Below the pieces are notes generated by a model that searched no databases, had not been told where the DNA came from, and worked only from the letters and a program-made list of their open reading frames with translations. A DNA stretch of 64,000 nucleotides, taken from NCBI GenBank assembly GCA_904063045.1, contig CAJFCJ010000007.1, positions 154,109 to 218,108 of the forward strand, in the 5' to 3' direction. The translations under genes were made by a program, and so were the position numbers. Every line of letters begins with the position of its first letter. Positions within the stretch are counted from its first letter, which is position 1. Shown here piece by piece: positions 12,862 to 27,324 of the stretch. Origin of the DNA: Dimorphilus gyrociliatus. Lineage: Eukaryota; Animalia; Annelida.

Positions 12862-15800
12862 TATATATATACAGTATATAGTAAACAGTTAATATAAATT
12901 TATGAATTTATATACTATACATACAGCACAAATACGTTATTCCTTATCTATCAGTTTTATAAATATAGTTAATAAAAGTTTTATATTATTTATGGAGCTG
13001 TCACTTTGGGCTGAACGACTAATCTTTGTAAAGATTCTCTGGTTAGAAATCCTGTTTAGATGAAAGGGTCATGCATGTTTCCTTATTTATATAAATTACT
13101 TTTAAATCACATAAGAGAAAATATTCCAAGAAAAAAAATAAAGGGACGTACCCATAAGCAGTATAATTATCTTAAAATCTTTGATGGAAAATTACACCCA
13201 AAATGTCAACAAATTACCTTAGATTAAGGTTATTTTGCCTAAGGTTTCAAAAAAAGCTAAAAAGATACAAGTAAAAGAAAGAGGGATGCAAACAATACGA
13301 ACCCGTTGTTTCTCTCATATTTATAATTGTATATGGAAGTAGTCTACTATTAATCTATATAAAATACTATGGAAATATCAGAGCGAGATGGAAATAAGAG
13401 AAAAAAGGAGAAAAAAATTACATACGTACGGCCAAATTCGCCGCAGGTATAAACCTATTAAAGCACGTAATTAACGCGGGAAAAAATCCTCTTTTCGAAT
13501 CGACTTTGATCGACCGCTAGCATTTTTTTCGCCTCCCACACTCTCACGGCCCGAATTCCGGCGAGATTTCATTTCTCAATACCCCTGATTGTCGAAGCCC
13601 ATCATTACATTCAGTTCACAGTTCTCATTTTGACTAGCAAAATATTATGGTTTTTATTTTTTTCTTCAATGAAAAGTCTTTAGCGTTTCTATCATTTGCC
13701 TCCCTCTCTCTCTCTCTCTGTCTCTCTCTCTCTTTCTCTTGGCTAACCAACGGTAATTCCTAAATTTTATGTCAAATATCCTAGAGATACCACTACCACC
13801 CACTATTTCCTTATCATTTATTCTCTTTACCCTTTTCGATCCCTTGATATCTAATCGATGATTGATGCATTCTATTTTTATCTATTTGTATTGTATATTT
13901 AAAAAAAGAACTGAAAAGGAAAGAAACAATAAATATAGATTGAGTAAAAGGCAGTAGTGAACTAGAAAAAGGATAAACATGCTTCCTAGTAATCACTTCC
14001 GGTAAAGTAATTATGAAGTTTTAGTAACATATATTGGTTTTTATGAGATTAAACTAAATATACCTATTTCTTTTAATCTATTAATAGAAGCAAGGGAATT
14101 CATGACAATTTCGTCTTATAACCAACTCCCATCTTCTTAAAAGTTAATAAAGATATATGAATTATCATGGATATTGTTTTTTTATAAAAAAAACTGAACA
14201 AGTAGGCATTACATAAATGTAAAGTGTAAGAGAATAGGGAACAAGGATTTTCTATACATTTTATTAGAGTCTATATTTTTTTTTTTGAAGATTAAAAAGT
14301 AAACTGAATGAATAACTGTCAATAATTTAATCGATTTTAATCGATTTGTTGATAAATCCAAAGCACAAGCCGGATTTTCGCCTTTAAGGTTATTTATTGG
14401 CAATTCGACCCACGTAGATGATTGAATGTAAAAAAATGAATGATAAATATATTTTAGACTTTAAATATGGAATTTGAAATATAAAATTAAGTATTAAAAT
14501 CACAATTGCGCAGGTATAGAATACATAAATGATGAAGTTATTATTTTAGGTCAAATTTCCCTTTTAAACTTAAAAGGTGTATTTTGAAAAATATGTCGAA
14601 TAATTTTACACATGATTTTGTTCTAATACTATACAAACTTCAAAGTTGCCGCACTCTTTTGACATTCATATTAATGAGTGCCTCATATGATATGTAAAAT
14701 GAAATTATAGTAAACGCTCTTTAAGGGAATCAACTAAAGTTATACACGTATTGTACATATAATATATATTAAAGACATAAAGGGAATAGTCAAACGAAAA
14801 ATGATGATAATACAACAAACATTTTGTTATATAAACATGTTATTTATGTTATATCTCATTTTTCTTCCTCCCATCTATCTATCTGCAATTTCATTAGACT
14901 TCAAAAATGTACTCAATCATATTTTAATATAAGATAAACAAATAGAAGCATAAATACCGGACATATAATGTATATATATAAATAAGTATATGTATTTACA
15001 AAATCTAATATATATATATATATATATATATATCAGTATGGATTATACAGAATATAAATAATAAAGTACTTTAGAGTATTTTTTTATTATATAGTATTAC
15101 TGATGGATCGTTTAAGAAAGAAAATTGAAGCTTCTTCATCTTAATTTTTAATGAAAAATAAAATGTTTAAAATTAGGAAATGGAAATGAGATTTATCTAT
15201 TTAATATTTATTGCCACATTAGCAAAATGGGAAAGGACAAAACATAAGAATATAGAAGAATATATAGTAAAAATATACAAGTAAAAGGGAAAAAATAATA
15301 AATATAGGTAGATTGAGGTCTACAATTGAAGGAGGGAGATGGATGAAGAAATGATGGAATATAAAATATAAATCAATATTTTTATTTCATTTTCAACCTT
15401 TTATAACAATATTTAAAATATCTAAATTTTTATTAAATAATATCAATCATAATCTATCAAGTACCTTTGTATAGTTTAATTATTCATAAAATAGATATAC
15501 AATACACATTAATTCCTAGATTCCTGTTTCACGTTAAATAAGTATTATTTTCAAATTCTTTGGACAAAGAGAGTATTCAACTAAGTAAAAAAAATAACAA
15601 TAACTTATATTATTGTACATTTCCCTTAGATAGAAATATATAAGCAAGTTTATACATATTCTGTATATACAATTTATATTAGTATGTACAGTATATACTC
15701 TGTATTACTCTTATGTATTATTGTATATTTCGAAAACTTATAATCCGTATAATTAGACATGTAATGAGGTATTGGAAAAAAATTTTTTTGAGTAGTTTTC

Positions 15801-16149
15801 CACATAACTAGACACGTTAATTATCTCCAAAATAAATTATACGATACAATACCTTGACATTGTTAATATTATAATTAATACATGACGAAAAAATAGGTTA
15901 TATAGTCCTATAAAAGAGGATGATAAATGCTAAGAAAAAAAAGCGAAAGCATGGATTACTAGATAGAGTTTTATATACACGCAAAAAATCGTAAATGTCA
16001 TTTTCGACTATGCCTATATTTATTACTCCTATTTGGTAGGAAGAGAATGGGAAAAAACGCCTTAAAAGTACTGAATTTTATTATTATATAAGATATTATT
16101 TTTAAATAAAGATGTATAGGAAATTTTTATATTTAAGAAGAAAGAAATA

Positions 16150-16196
16150 TTTTTCTTTCCATGGAAAAAAATCATATTTTTCCATGGAAAGAAAAA
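16150..16196. repeat. Perfect 20-bp inverted repeat with a 7-nt spacer; each arm contains the palindrome TTTCCATGGAAA
   Basis: tttttctttccatggaaaaa (16150-16169) is the exact reverse complement of tttttccatggaaagaaaaa (16177-16196). Confidence 0.95.
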
Positions 16197-19100
16197 CAAT
16201 CACAATAGGTTTACTTTCCACCTACACCCTCCCTCTCCTCCCACTCTTTTCCAATAATATAAATAAAGCCCAAGGAAATAATGGCTAGAAGGTTATACTA
16301 GTTTGTGAGTATAAAGTCAAAAATGCATTATAGAAGATATTTAACAAGAAATTATGTAAAGAGAAGAAAGCGATCCATCGATACTTTTAGATGAATAATA
16401 AACGTATTTTATACATAAATATATTGTTACATGCTTATATTATACTATATATATATAGTATATTATGTAAGTATGCAGTATTACAAAAAATTCAGGTAAC
16501 TTAATTACACTTCTTCCCTTTGTTAAACAACATAGCTTATAAGAAACTTGGGTACTTGCATAAATAACAGTCCTATTTTGTATTAAGTATACGATAGCCT
16601 CTATCCCGTTACATACTTTACCTTGCTTCTAAAACAAAAATCAATATATATACCCCTACAAAATTTACGTTGTACGATACATTTACGGAAGCGCAGTAAA
16701 TGATTCTCTTAAGCTTCTTTGTATTAATCAAGCACTATATGTAAGTAAATATTCAGTATACATACACATATCTATATATTCATATGGTTAATTAAACGAA
16801 AAATTTGCCGCGGAAGGATGCTCAATCACGCACACATCCTTTCATATACGAAATTACTTAAAAAAGCTCACGTCGCCAAAACGTGCTTAATGACGCCAAC
16901 TTACGCACGCCAAAGTCCAAAGTGGATGATCTTTCTTATCAGAAGTGAAAAATAATAAGTTCTCTAACGCTTTTAACTTTCCTGTTCTCTTCCCTTTTAA
17001 CTCTCTTTCGTTCTGTCTATCTATCAATCTATTTAGATATTTATATATCTATATAATCTACTCATATATTATTATACCACAAACAACAACAACATATGCT
17101 CATAGGTATAGAAAATTTTTAATATTTTTGAATGTTCTTCTTTGGAATCTACTTATAAGTTTTGTTAATTCTTTTGGATGTTTTCTCTCTATCCGTTTTC
17201 ATATTTCCTTCCTCCTCGCTCCCTCTACCATATTTTTTCTGCCAGTGTATGTTGTCTCCAAGCTTCTCCAACATTCCATCTAGTATACTTCTGGCTTTTC
17301 CCCTATAAGATATCCATGCAGGTATAAAATCAGCGATTCTTAAACGTATATTTTCTTTTTGCTGTGTCGCCATCTCTCGTCGTTTTTTTTAGTCTTAAAG
17401 AACATAACCAAAAAGAGAATGAATTTTATTGTTTATGTATATAGACTTATGTTGAGAATTGATGAGAGAATAAAATAATATTTAGAACTTTTGTCCATTT
17501 TTTCTGCCAAAGTAATAATGAATTTGTAGTTATTTAGTATATTTACTTTCATAAAATATTAATAATAAATTAAATAAGTCATGTTTTATTTTAGGGAATT
17601 GTTTTTTTTTACCAGCTCACTTTCTGCCTACTTTTTTTAATAAATGCCCTAAATTTAGTTTTTTTTTGTTTTTTTATAAAAACAAAAATAAAGCATTTTT
17701 GTGAAATTTATCGTCCTACCTTTTATAGTTAATGTGAGATGATAGATTTTTTTTTTACATGGCAATTACTGCCCTCTATTGCATTAAATTGAGGTTTTGA
17801 AATATAGGCAACAGAGTTAATAAAGGTTATTTTTTACTATTTGCCATTTAGAGATAAAAGAGCAAAACAAAAGTATGAAAACTTTGCGCAGCTGTACTTT
17901 TTACTCTTTCACAATATTATTTTCAATAACTTTTGGCCTTTTTAAAAATAAGGCAAAAGGGAATATTAAGGAATCAAGTGCTAGCTCTTTTCATTCATAT
18001 TCCTTCTTGGAATATCTTTTAACCTCTCCCTTCTAAGTATCTTCTCCTTTGATTAGAAATAATAAATAAAAGATATGATTAAGAATTGGCTCAAAGAAGT
18101 CTTCAAATCATTTATAGAATATATCACGAAAATGATTTATAGTAGAAAAGTTGCTTTAGTCCACTATAGTAACTTTAACGATTTTCCTTCCCATTAATCA
18201 AAATGACAACTTTATTAATGTGAATTCGCTTTCTTTTTAAAGAAAAACAACTAAAAACCTAAACAATATCGTTTTTAATTGAGGAAGTATCTCCCAAAAG
18301 TGACTAACATAATTACAATCATAAATTCTCATGAAAATACCCTTTTAAAAAGTCAGACATATTATTTGCCTTTGATCAATTAATGAGAAGGTCTCTTCGT
18401 AGGCTTAAATTTAACTTGTTTGTTTGTTGTTAACGATTTTTTAGGAATCGTAGGGGAGGGTATTAGAGCGAAGGGTGGACCGCATCTAGAATAGCGGGCG
18501 GAGATGTTTTGAAGAATAATGATATTTAAAAGAGTGGAGTGGGTGGGAGATAAGGTATATGGGGAACAGAGAGAGAGAATGAAAAATAAAGATTTGTATT
18601 TATCCTGAATTTTTGATAGATTGCAAAGAATCTATTCCTTTTCATATCTATCTAACATTGAGAATTATCTTCTCAAGTTGATGTTATCGTGATGGAAATA
18701 CCTATAATAATATCTTTTTCCATTAGTGAAATTAAATTTATTGTAAAAACACATAAAAAAAAGAAGCTAAACTTGTCCTTAAACTAAACAAAGTTTGTTG
18801 TTGTTTTCCGCTACGGCTGCGAAGAGATTGAAATAAAAAGAAATTATTGATATAAATTATATCCCTTTCTTAAACTTATGAATATTTATGAGACTAATAG
18901 AACTTGGTAAATAGTATTTAATACTTATTGACTTGAACTTGGACACTAAAAGTAGTAAATTAATATTAGATGTTTAAAAATGGTATTAAAATAAAAATTA
19001 ATATTATTCTTTTGATGTTGCTCTTAAAAAATAAAAGAGAAAAAAAACCATACTTTTAAAACATAACAGCTATAAACATTTTCGATTTACGCTCGATTGC

Positions 19101-21304
19101 AGTCGCCTCTCTATTATTTGTAGTTCGAGACAGTAACGCTAGAATTTTGCGGTTAAGTGGCGCTATCGGCTGTCCATTATCTCACATTCGAAGCGTCTTA
19201 TTGACTCCATCATTTTTCGGTTGGATGACGACGAGTTTTAACGCTACGACGCTTTCAGAAAATGAAAAGATATATACGTACGTCTGCAATATGTGTATAA
19301 TATATAATGAGAATATTCTATATAATACGCTATTCTGTTTACCCTTACATGTTGTTTGTTTACATTTGTATTTAGATTTTATTTTGTACGTCTTTATCGA
19401 CGTCTACCAAGCCTTATACTATTTTAATTATTCAGTTATACTATCCCTGAATTTTCTTTTCTCACTGTACTTTGCGAGAAAATATAATGACGTCAATCAA
19501 CGATGCTACCACTAAATCAGTAGAAAAAATAAATATAAATAATTTATGAGAAGGAGAAAAAGTAATTTCTTTGAAGTTATAATATTCGAGTAATTTTTCT
19601 ACCTTCTTCCACCAATTCCAGTAGAAATTTTCCCTTTATACTTGTATATATGGTAATATATCGTTGTTTTACCCTTTCTATATTTCTTGTTATTTCATAC
19701 AAGTACAAAGATTAAGAGACAAAGCTACAACTCTAATCAGATTAAGCTCTTTCAAAATAGTGAAATGAAGAAAAAAAACAGATAGAAAAGGGAAAAAGAA
19801 GAGTATAAAAATTTTAATCTTGGAATAAAGTATTTAAAAATTGAAGATCTAATAACAAGAATGAGTAAGATGTTCTTCTTCGTCTTCTCCTTCTTCTCCC
19901 TCTTCTTCTTCTGTCGTTTTTTCTTTTCTTTTCTCTTTTTTCTTTTTTTTTATTCATCCTATTTTTTTTCTTCATGTATACGACTTACAAAGGCTAACTA
20001 GAATAGGACTAAATTTAGTTTCTTTTACGAGACCTTTACAACAATGAAAGAAGAGCAATCTGATAAAAAATTTAACATTTCGGATGCCGATAGGGAGCAT
20101 TTTTGGAAATTAAAAATTATTCTGCAAGTAAGGCTTTTACAGAAGCTTACTCCTCATTTTCACATACCCTGGATATTAAGATACAAGTATTTATAAAAAT
20201 ATTAATATTTGATAAAGCTCGTATATGTCTCCCTGTCACTAAATCTTCCTCTCTTACTCTATTCATATAAACATATGTTTATACAACAAGTATATTATTA
20301 GGTAAACATTAGAGCATATATAGAATTGAAGAAATTTATAAATATATATATAAGTAAAGCAGATTTAGACCTTTCTTGTCTATTTATAGAATATATAGTG
20401 TTTAAAATATTTATCAATAAAAAAAGAAAATCTTTGTATATAAATATTGCTGCTAAAGTCTATTTTTAAAATATAACATCAATTTTATATAAGAAAAAAA
20501 CAAGTCTTATGGATTCTCGTTCGAAAGCTGAAAATACCAGATTTATTAGTAGCTTGATCAATGATCTGTAAATTAATAACTACTACTCTATTTCGCTAAT
20601 CAATTCAACTGTCATATATCATCAATTTTGATATTCCAATTTTCTATATAAATTTTGGTTTTTAAATTATGCAAAATCTATCTTTTTATTAGTTCCATCA
20701 AGCACGTGAAACGTAAGTGATAATCGTTTCTTTAAATATGTAAAAAGTCTGACGTCAAAGAGACGATGCCAATGAGCAAGTCTATTTTCGGAATATGATT
20801 AAGATAGGTGTTCCGTTTTAGGCCTATAGCAAAGGTGCGAGTCTCATTCTTGCTTTAGACACTCTACGTTTTCAATATTCTTATCCTTTTACTTCCCCCT
20901 CCTTGCATTAGAAAAAGAATGCCAACTTTTCATGGTTTGTATTTGCATGTTGTTTTCAATGCCACATTTAATTGCTACAGCGCAGATGGAAAAATTCTCA
21001 ATAAGGTTACACCAACTCGTGGACGACAATAGGCTACTTTAACGTAATGTTGTGGTTTATAAATGACTTTTTAAACAAAAGGGACTTTCGGTCAATGTAA
21101 TCGTATTTAACAGTTTTTTTTTGTTAGGTTCAGTCGGTAAAAATATTCTAGTGCTTTTTCTATCAAAGAGAAATAATAATTCGCTATAAAATATGATTTA
21201 GAAAGCTGACATTTTTCTGTGATATAAGTTGTTTAATAAGACTTCATTCGCAAAAAACAATACTAATACAAAGAAAGTAATTTACATCTCATGTTATTCA
21301 ATGT

Positions 21305-21335
<31 letters not shown>

Positions 21336-23828
21336 AAGAATATGTATGTATGTATGTATGTATGTATGCATGCATGTACAGTATATATGCGTGTGTGTAT
21401 GTACGTCTATATGCATGCATACAATTTTTTATCATCTCTTTCTCCTCTTTTTATTTTCTCTTTCATTTGCTTTTTTTCTTTATATCCTTTCTTTTCTCTT
21501 AAACCTTCAATAATTTTCTTCCTTGTAAGTTTCTTACTTTACAGTTAAAGATAAAAAGAAAGCCTGTAAAAATTTTTTTAAGTATAACCAAAATAACTTT
21601 AACTAGAACAATTAAATGTATAATATGGCACTCAGTGAGGATGGGAGAAGAGGGGAGAGGCCCCTTTATTGTTGTTTTTTTTTTACATACAGAAATTAAT
21701 TAAAAGCTTTAAATATTGATAGTATAATAGATGGTAGGTTATTAATTAATATTAGCTCTAATCAAGTTTATTACTTGTAATTCGAAGAAATAAGGTGTTA
21801 GAATACATACAATTAAGAATTTATTCACTTTCTCACCATTAAGAATTGGAGTATATGAATCGTGTAACGGAGAGAGGTATTATAAAAATGACTTGAAAAT
21901 TAATATCATCTTTGAAAAAGCGACCTTAGTAAATTTTAAGAAAAACACCTTTAAAAATAGATCGCCTTTTTTTAGGTACAGTTTCTAAATCCGTCTATAT
22001 CTTATACAGAATATAGATAGGTACTTACAAATATGAAGTTTCCGACTTTAAGGCTTAATTAGATAGGTGAAAAAATATATATACGTTAGTACATGTCAGA
22101 AGTGAAAAGATGTATTTTTATTCGAATGAGAAGTGGCTAAAAGCAATCAGAATATAAGGAATTGTTGTCTTTCGAAAACATCACGTGTCTGTTTCGAATC
22201 ACTTCGGGGGGGAAGTCTTTTTTTTTTCTTCATTTCATTCTACATCATTGGTATAATTTGGGTTTGTTAATGGTAATTTAACGAAAGAAAACCATATGAA
22301 TTATCCTTTATTCTTTTCTGTTAGACAAAATTCCATGAAAGAACCCCTCCTAAATTAGGTAATATTTTATATACGTATGTAATTACAAACATTTTCCGTT
22401 GTCAATGACACTGATATCATTTATTAGAACACTGTATAACATATAAATGGACAGAGAAAAGAAACTAATCATTCTATAATACAATCCCATATATTTTTCG
22501 TATTAATAAGAGTAATAAATTATTAGAAGAGAAATTGAAGAGAAGATTGTAATAAAACTAGCTCATATCGCAAATAATTCTTTCTAGGCACAGCTAAGAA
22601 ACCTTTCCAAATGAATATCTTCTCCTACATATTTTTCTTTTGCTATAGAATATTTATAATAATGATAATAACAATAATCCATACTATATTTAGGTTAATA
22701 CACTTCTCTAGTCAGAAAAAAAATCTTTATTACAAAAATTTTCAGACAACTTACTCATGCATAATAAATAAACAGCAATTTGTAAGCTACTTTATAAGAT
22801 TCAATGTGTTTTGTTTCTCTCCTTTATTTTTCTCTTTATATTCTTTTGTCTCCCTTGTGAATCTATATTTCTATATCTTTCTTCGCCCCTCGTTCGTCTC
22901 CTATGTCTGTGCTTTTTCTTTTGGAAGTTTTCCTGCTCTTTTCTGTCTTCTCTGCAAGCGAACAATAAGTGATGGGGACGAGGGTAAAAAAAATACTCGA
23001 TTTGAACGATTTCAATCTCTTAAAAAATCTTGAGAAGTACTAGACACTCCCCCTTGTAAAGAAAGCTACTCGAGCGTTCTTCTTAAGTTAAACTGTATAT
23101 TTAATTTGTCATTAGGCCTAAAAACTAGTGGAATAGCTGGAGGAGGAAATCCTATTGTCCTTGGCATTCCATTAATTAATTCGTATTAATAATTAAGAAA
23201 AGAAGATAATTTGTATATAAGAAGGCAAATTAAACCCTATATGTACTCTGTCTATTCGTTTTTCCTATTTAACTTTAACCATAAAAAAATCCTACTAATT
23301 AACTCAATCTCATTGTAAATTCTCATGAGCACAGCCGTAAATTTGCATAGTAAATGTGGAGCTTGCAAGATAGCTTTCATGACTCCAAACTCCCCTTAGA
23401 GGTTTGTAGAACTCCCAGAATTCACCTTTGATTGAGTTCGACTGATTGAGTCGTCTTTTTTAACCGACTAGTCATTAGCCTTTTTCTTAGTTTCCTGTTT
23501 ACGTTGGCAAAAAAATAAAATAGACAACGTTCTTAAAATAACAAACAGCATAATAGTAATATTTTATACATATATATATATATTAATATGAATCAGGCTA
23601 TTTTTTCAAGTATCATTTCTAGACTTTGTAATTTTTGGGCAGTGTTTATGCAGTCTTTAAGACGCTTTATTATCAGGAGATCTTGAAAATAGAATATCTT
23701 AAAAATCATGAACATTATAAATTCTAGAAGAAATACAACTTTCCCTTATATATTTTGGTATATATATAAATTTTTATATATATATATATATATACTGTAT
23801 ATATATAGCGTACATATTGTATTTATTC

Positions 23829-23872
<44 letters not shown>

Positions 23873-25202
23873 GCAAGACACTGCATTTTGCTGTCACTCT
23901 CCCTTAAGCAGGTGTATAATGCAGTCGTGTAAGTTATTTTTTTGTCTTTCACAACTCTTCCTCTTTTATTTCACTTTTGTTTCTGTTAACGTTTATATTA
24001 GTTCCTCTCTCAATTCTTACTGGTACTTATGTAAACATCTATGGAACTATGTCCGTTACGTTGTTTTTGTTAAATTTATGTCTTTTAAGGGCAAATTGAT
24101 TTATTGGATATAATGGAAAACCATCTAGTACAAGCAGAGAGATTTTGCTATTAATAACAGCAGAGTCAACCTAATTTTATCTATACTTTATGAATAAAAT
24201 TTAAGCTTATAATTAGCTAAGTATAGATTTATCAATTCGACATTTCTTTATAACATTTAAAGAAAAAAAATTGATTAGTTAAGGAGATTGTTTAATCTGG
24301 GTAATTCGTGTCATTTTATTCATCATATTTCGTAATTTGTAATTTTTTTCTTTTTTTTTTTTCAATAGATTTTTCATCAATTGAATTTCTTTCTTTCTTT
24401 TTTCCTTCCCTCTTTCATAAATGTTTCATTACAATAACATCAAAGTGAATTCATTAGCTCAAAATTTCTTCATTAGACAACAAAAATTAATAAAATACTA
24501 CATTACGAATGGAATCTAGGCAGTTGGAAATTCTTCTCTTTTACCCCGTTCTTATTTAATTATCTGTTCGATTTGATATTTTATACAAAGAAAGCCGATT
24601 AATTTGACCAAGTTAATGAGAAAATCGGAGAATTTAGTGAAGCGTCACTTATTTTTAAGAGAATGAGTCTTTTAGAAAAGACGTCATTCGGTATTCTGGA
24701 CATATTCTATAAAGGAAATATCGTTAAATCACGTTACTCCTTGTTTGAAGCCTGATATCATGATTCAAAGTACAATTACATATTCAATGACCTTCGTATA
24801 TATTTTTTTAGGAAGGAAAGCAGCATTTCCCAGCTTATCGTTAGATGTCGCTTTAAGCCGATTGAATCTCTTAGGTAGAATGAATAGTTTATGTGTTTTC
24901 TATAAGATCATTTTTTATGTTAAGGATCGAATAGTTGAGGTTTTTTTTAAGGAGAATACTTTAATTAAAAGGACATTTACTTTCTATCTAATTAAGAGGC
25001 CATACAAACGTCACGAATGTCTTTAATAATGGTAGCAAATTGAAGAGAATTCCTCTCAATTAGGAGGCAGATTTTCTCAGAAAGCGGATAAACGGAAACG
25101 GGACTAACAGCGGTTTTATTTGTTTTATTTAGGCAATTATTTTCATTTTAGCCCCCCTTTAATGAAATATGATACAAAATAAAATAAATTGCACAAGTTT
25201 TT

Positions 25203-25633
25203 ACGCATGCGCTATCGTGTAATTTGAAAGAAAAATTAGTTACAATTGCGCCATCTGCTGACCGTTTCGCAATCGGCAATGTGCAGAAATGTAGCGGTCA
25301 TTGGGTACATCACTGGTACAATTTCTGGTAGCGTCACTTGAAATGGAGTAACTTTTTGCTTACCTATACAAGATGGCGATTATATAATCACAAACTGCGG
25401 ATATAAAAACAATACACTTAAACATTTAATCGAAATTATGGATCCAGGAGATAGTACTCATCTTTATTATTCAGCAAATAAGAAAGATATTGAAAAGAAG
25501 GAACAAAACAAAAGTAAGCATACTGACAATGAAACTAATAGATTAAACCATCCAGATAAGAAATCACGTTTTACAAAACGGCCCTTAAATAAAATACGTA
25601 AGTCGGAATTTTGTAACATGGTGCGCATGCGCA
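25203..25633. promoter_or_regulatory. Promoter-like island upstream of the LDLa gene
   Basis: Contains a CTCF-like TGCGCCATCTGCTG (25247-25260), a YY1/CTCF-like CAAGATGGCGA (25369-25379), a TATA-like GATATAAAAA near 25400, and NRF1-type ACGCATGCGC (25203) and TGCGCATGCGCA (25622-25633). Confidence 0.55.
25438..25597 (+). CDS. Candidate first coding exon (MDPGDSTHLYY...KRPLNKI), possibly of the LDLa gene
   Basis: ATG just downstream of the promoter motifs, 53 charged codons, and a strong phase-1 donor (c|gtaagt) compatible with the phase-1 exon at 27325. It could instead splice to 26097 and end HKDGRNRRQLQSTAMY*. Unresolved. Confidence 0.3.
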
Positions 25634-27324
25634 CGCATTGTTCTAAACGTTCATAAATACAGTGTAAAAATTGAAAGAAACAAAGATAATAATTGTTTTA
25701 GATTTAAAGAAAATTTATTTGAAAAGAATTAAGCTTGTGCAGGACAAAACGTCTCTCTCCATTGATCATTCTTTTTTTTGTTCTGAGAAAAAAATTCAAT
25801 ATATAGATCAGTCAATTTGCCTAGCACCCGGGTTAGATTATTAGAATGGAAGCTTGCTAATAATAACTCCAATAAATTATTCAAAGCAATTGCAAATATT
25901 CCATTGTTCAACGCTTGGCCGTCTTAGAAACGTTTTTTTTTTCTCCACACATTATTACTTTCAATGAAATACTTCGATTTCCGGCTGCCAGACGGGATAA
26001 TGGCTGTTTTGTCAAGTTGTAGTGTCGTGTTCATTCATCTTATTCCTATCGCCTATGTTTTTCTCCGAAATCGAATAGTATTAAATCTCTATAGTGCATA
26101 AAGACGGACGTAATAGAAGACAACTGCAATCTACTGCAATGTATTAAGGGGCTAAGAGTATTACGTGCGTCTTCTGGGCAGCCTTTTAAAGTGCGTATTT
26201 AATACTTACTTAAAATAGCTTCAGTTTTATAAATAATGTATACTTCCGTCTGTAGGTTTTAATTGTTCTCGTGATTTTAGTTATTTGTTATATGAGAAAT
26301 TTAAACATTAAACTCGATTATTAAAATAATTTCCAGTTTAAAAAAGACTATGCATTCTTTATATTCGAACAGTCGCTTTAAGGGATTTTATTAGACAACT
26401 ACTTCCTTTAAACGAGAAAAAGGTGTATTTTGCGAGCGTGTACTTGTTTATAAGTGAATGAACTATGTATAGCGAGAGACAAGATATTTAAAATAGAAAA
26501 GCTTAAAAGACAAAATAATAGGTGGGAAAAAAAAAAGAGAGCTAAAATATATTTCTTTACAGTGCATTATATGCACGCAAGTTTGGTAGAATAATCACAG
26601 TTCATCCTTCCTTCCTCTATTTAACTTTGTTCTTAAACCCTGTACAAAAAAATCCCATTCACACTACCGTATCCAAACGTGTAATAGACCAATCAATATA
26701 ACTTGTTAAAAAAAAAATTACTACCCCGCATGTTTATGGTCTACCGAATCAAAATCGACTATGTAACCAATGTGAATGAGCCGACTAACGAATCGGAATG
26801 AATTGCCTGTAGATTACATCATTTCCCTTCGTTTTTCCAAGATATTTTCTCCGAATGCAATTCGTAAATATTTCTAGTAAATAAAAAGAGAAATAACAAA
26901 GAAAACATCCCTTTATAATTTACCTGCATAAGCGAATAATTTAGTCTATTTGATGTTTAGCTTTTAGATTTTTTTTCCTCACAACAAATGCACACTTTGC
27001 AATATTTAGTTTTCAAATATTAATTTATATCTTACCTATATAAAATAAAGAGTTCATTAGCTCTTAGCTTTTTATACTTGTTGTGAAAATTGACAGAGAG
27101 AAACCATATTTTATTGATAATATTCTATAAAATATCTAAATTTAATATGTAATATCTTAAAATAAATTCATAAGTGATGTTATATTTAATAAACCGCACC
27201 CATTGTTTACAAATTTCACAATTTAATACAAGATGACTCAACTGTTATTGTCTTATTTAAAATTAATGGGATTTATTCTATATATTGTAGTCATGATAAC
27301 TTATCTATTGATAATTCATAACAG

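Noticed and set aside
14209-14403. LRR-like string ELPINNLKGENPACALDLSTNRLKSI
   Set aside because: The spacing fits one LRR, but two core Leu positions are missing, there is no usable AG acceptor, and there are no neighbouring repeats. Likely chance.
17149-17373. 74-aa ORF MATQQKENIRLRIADFIPAW...
   Set aside because: The ATG is part of an AGATGGCG CTCF/YY1-like motif, the frame is purine-rich, and no family or downstream exon chain could be established. Not excluded, but unsupported.
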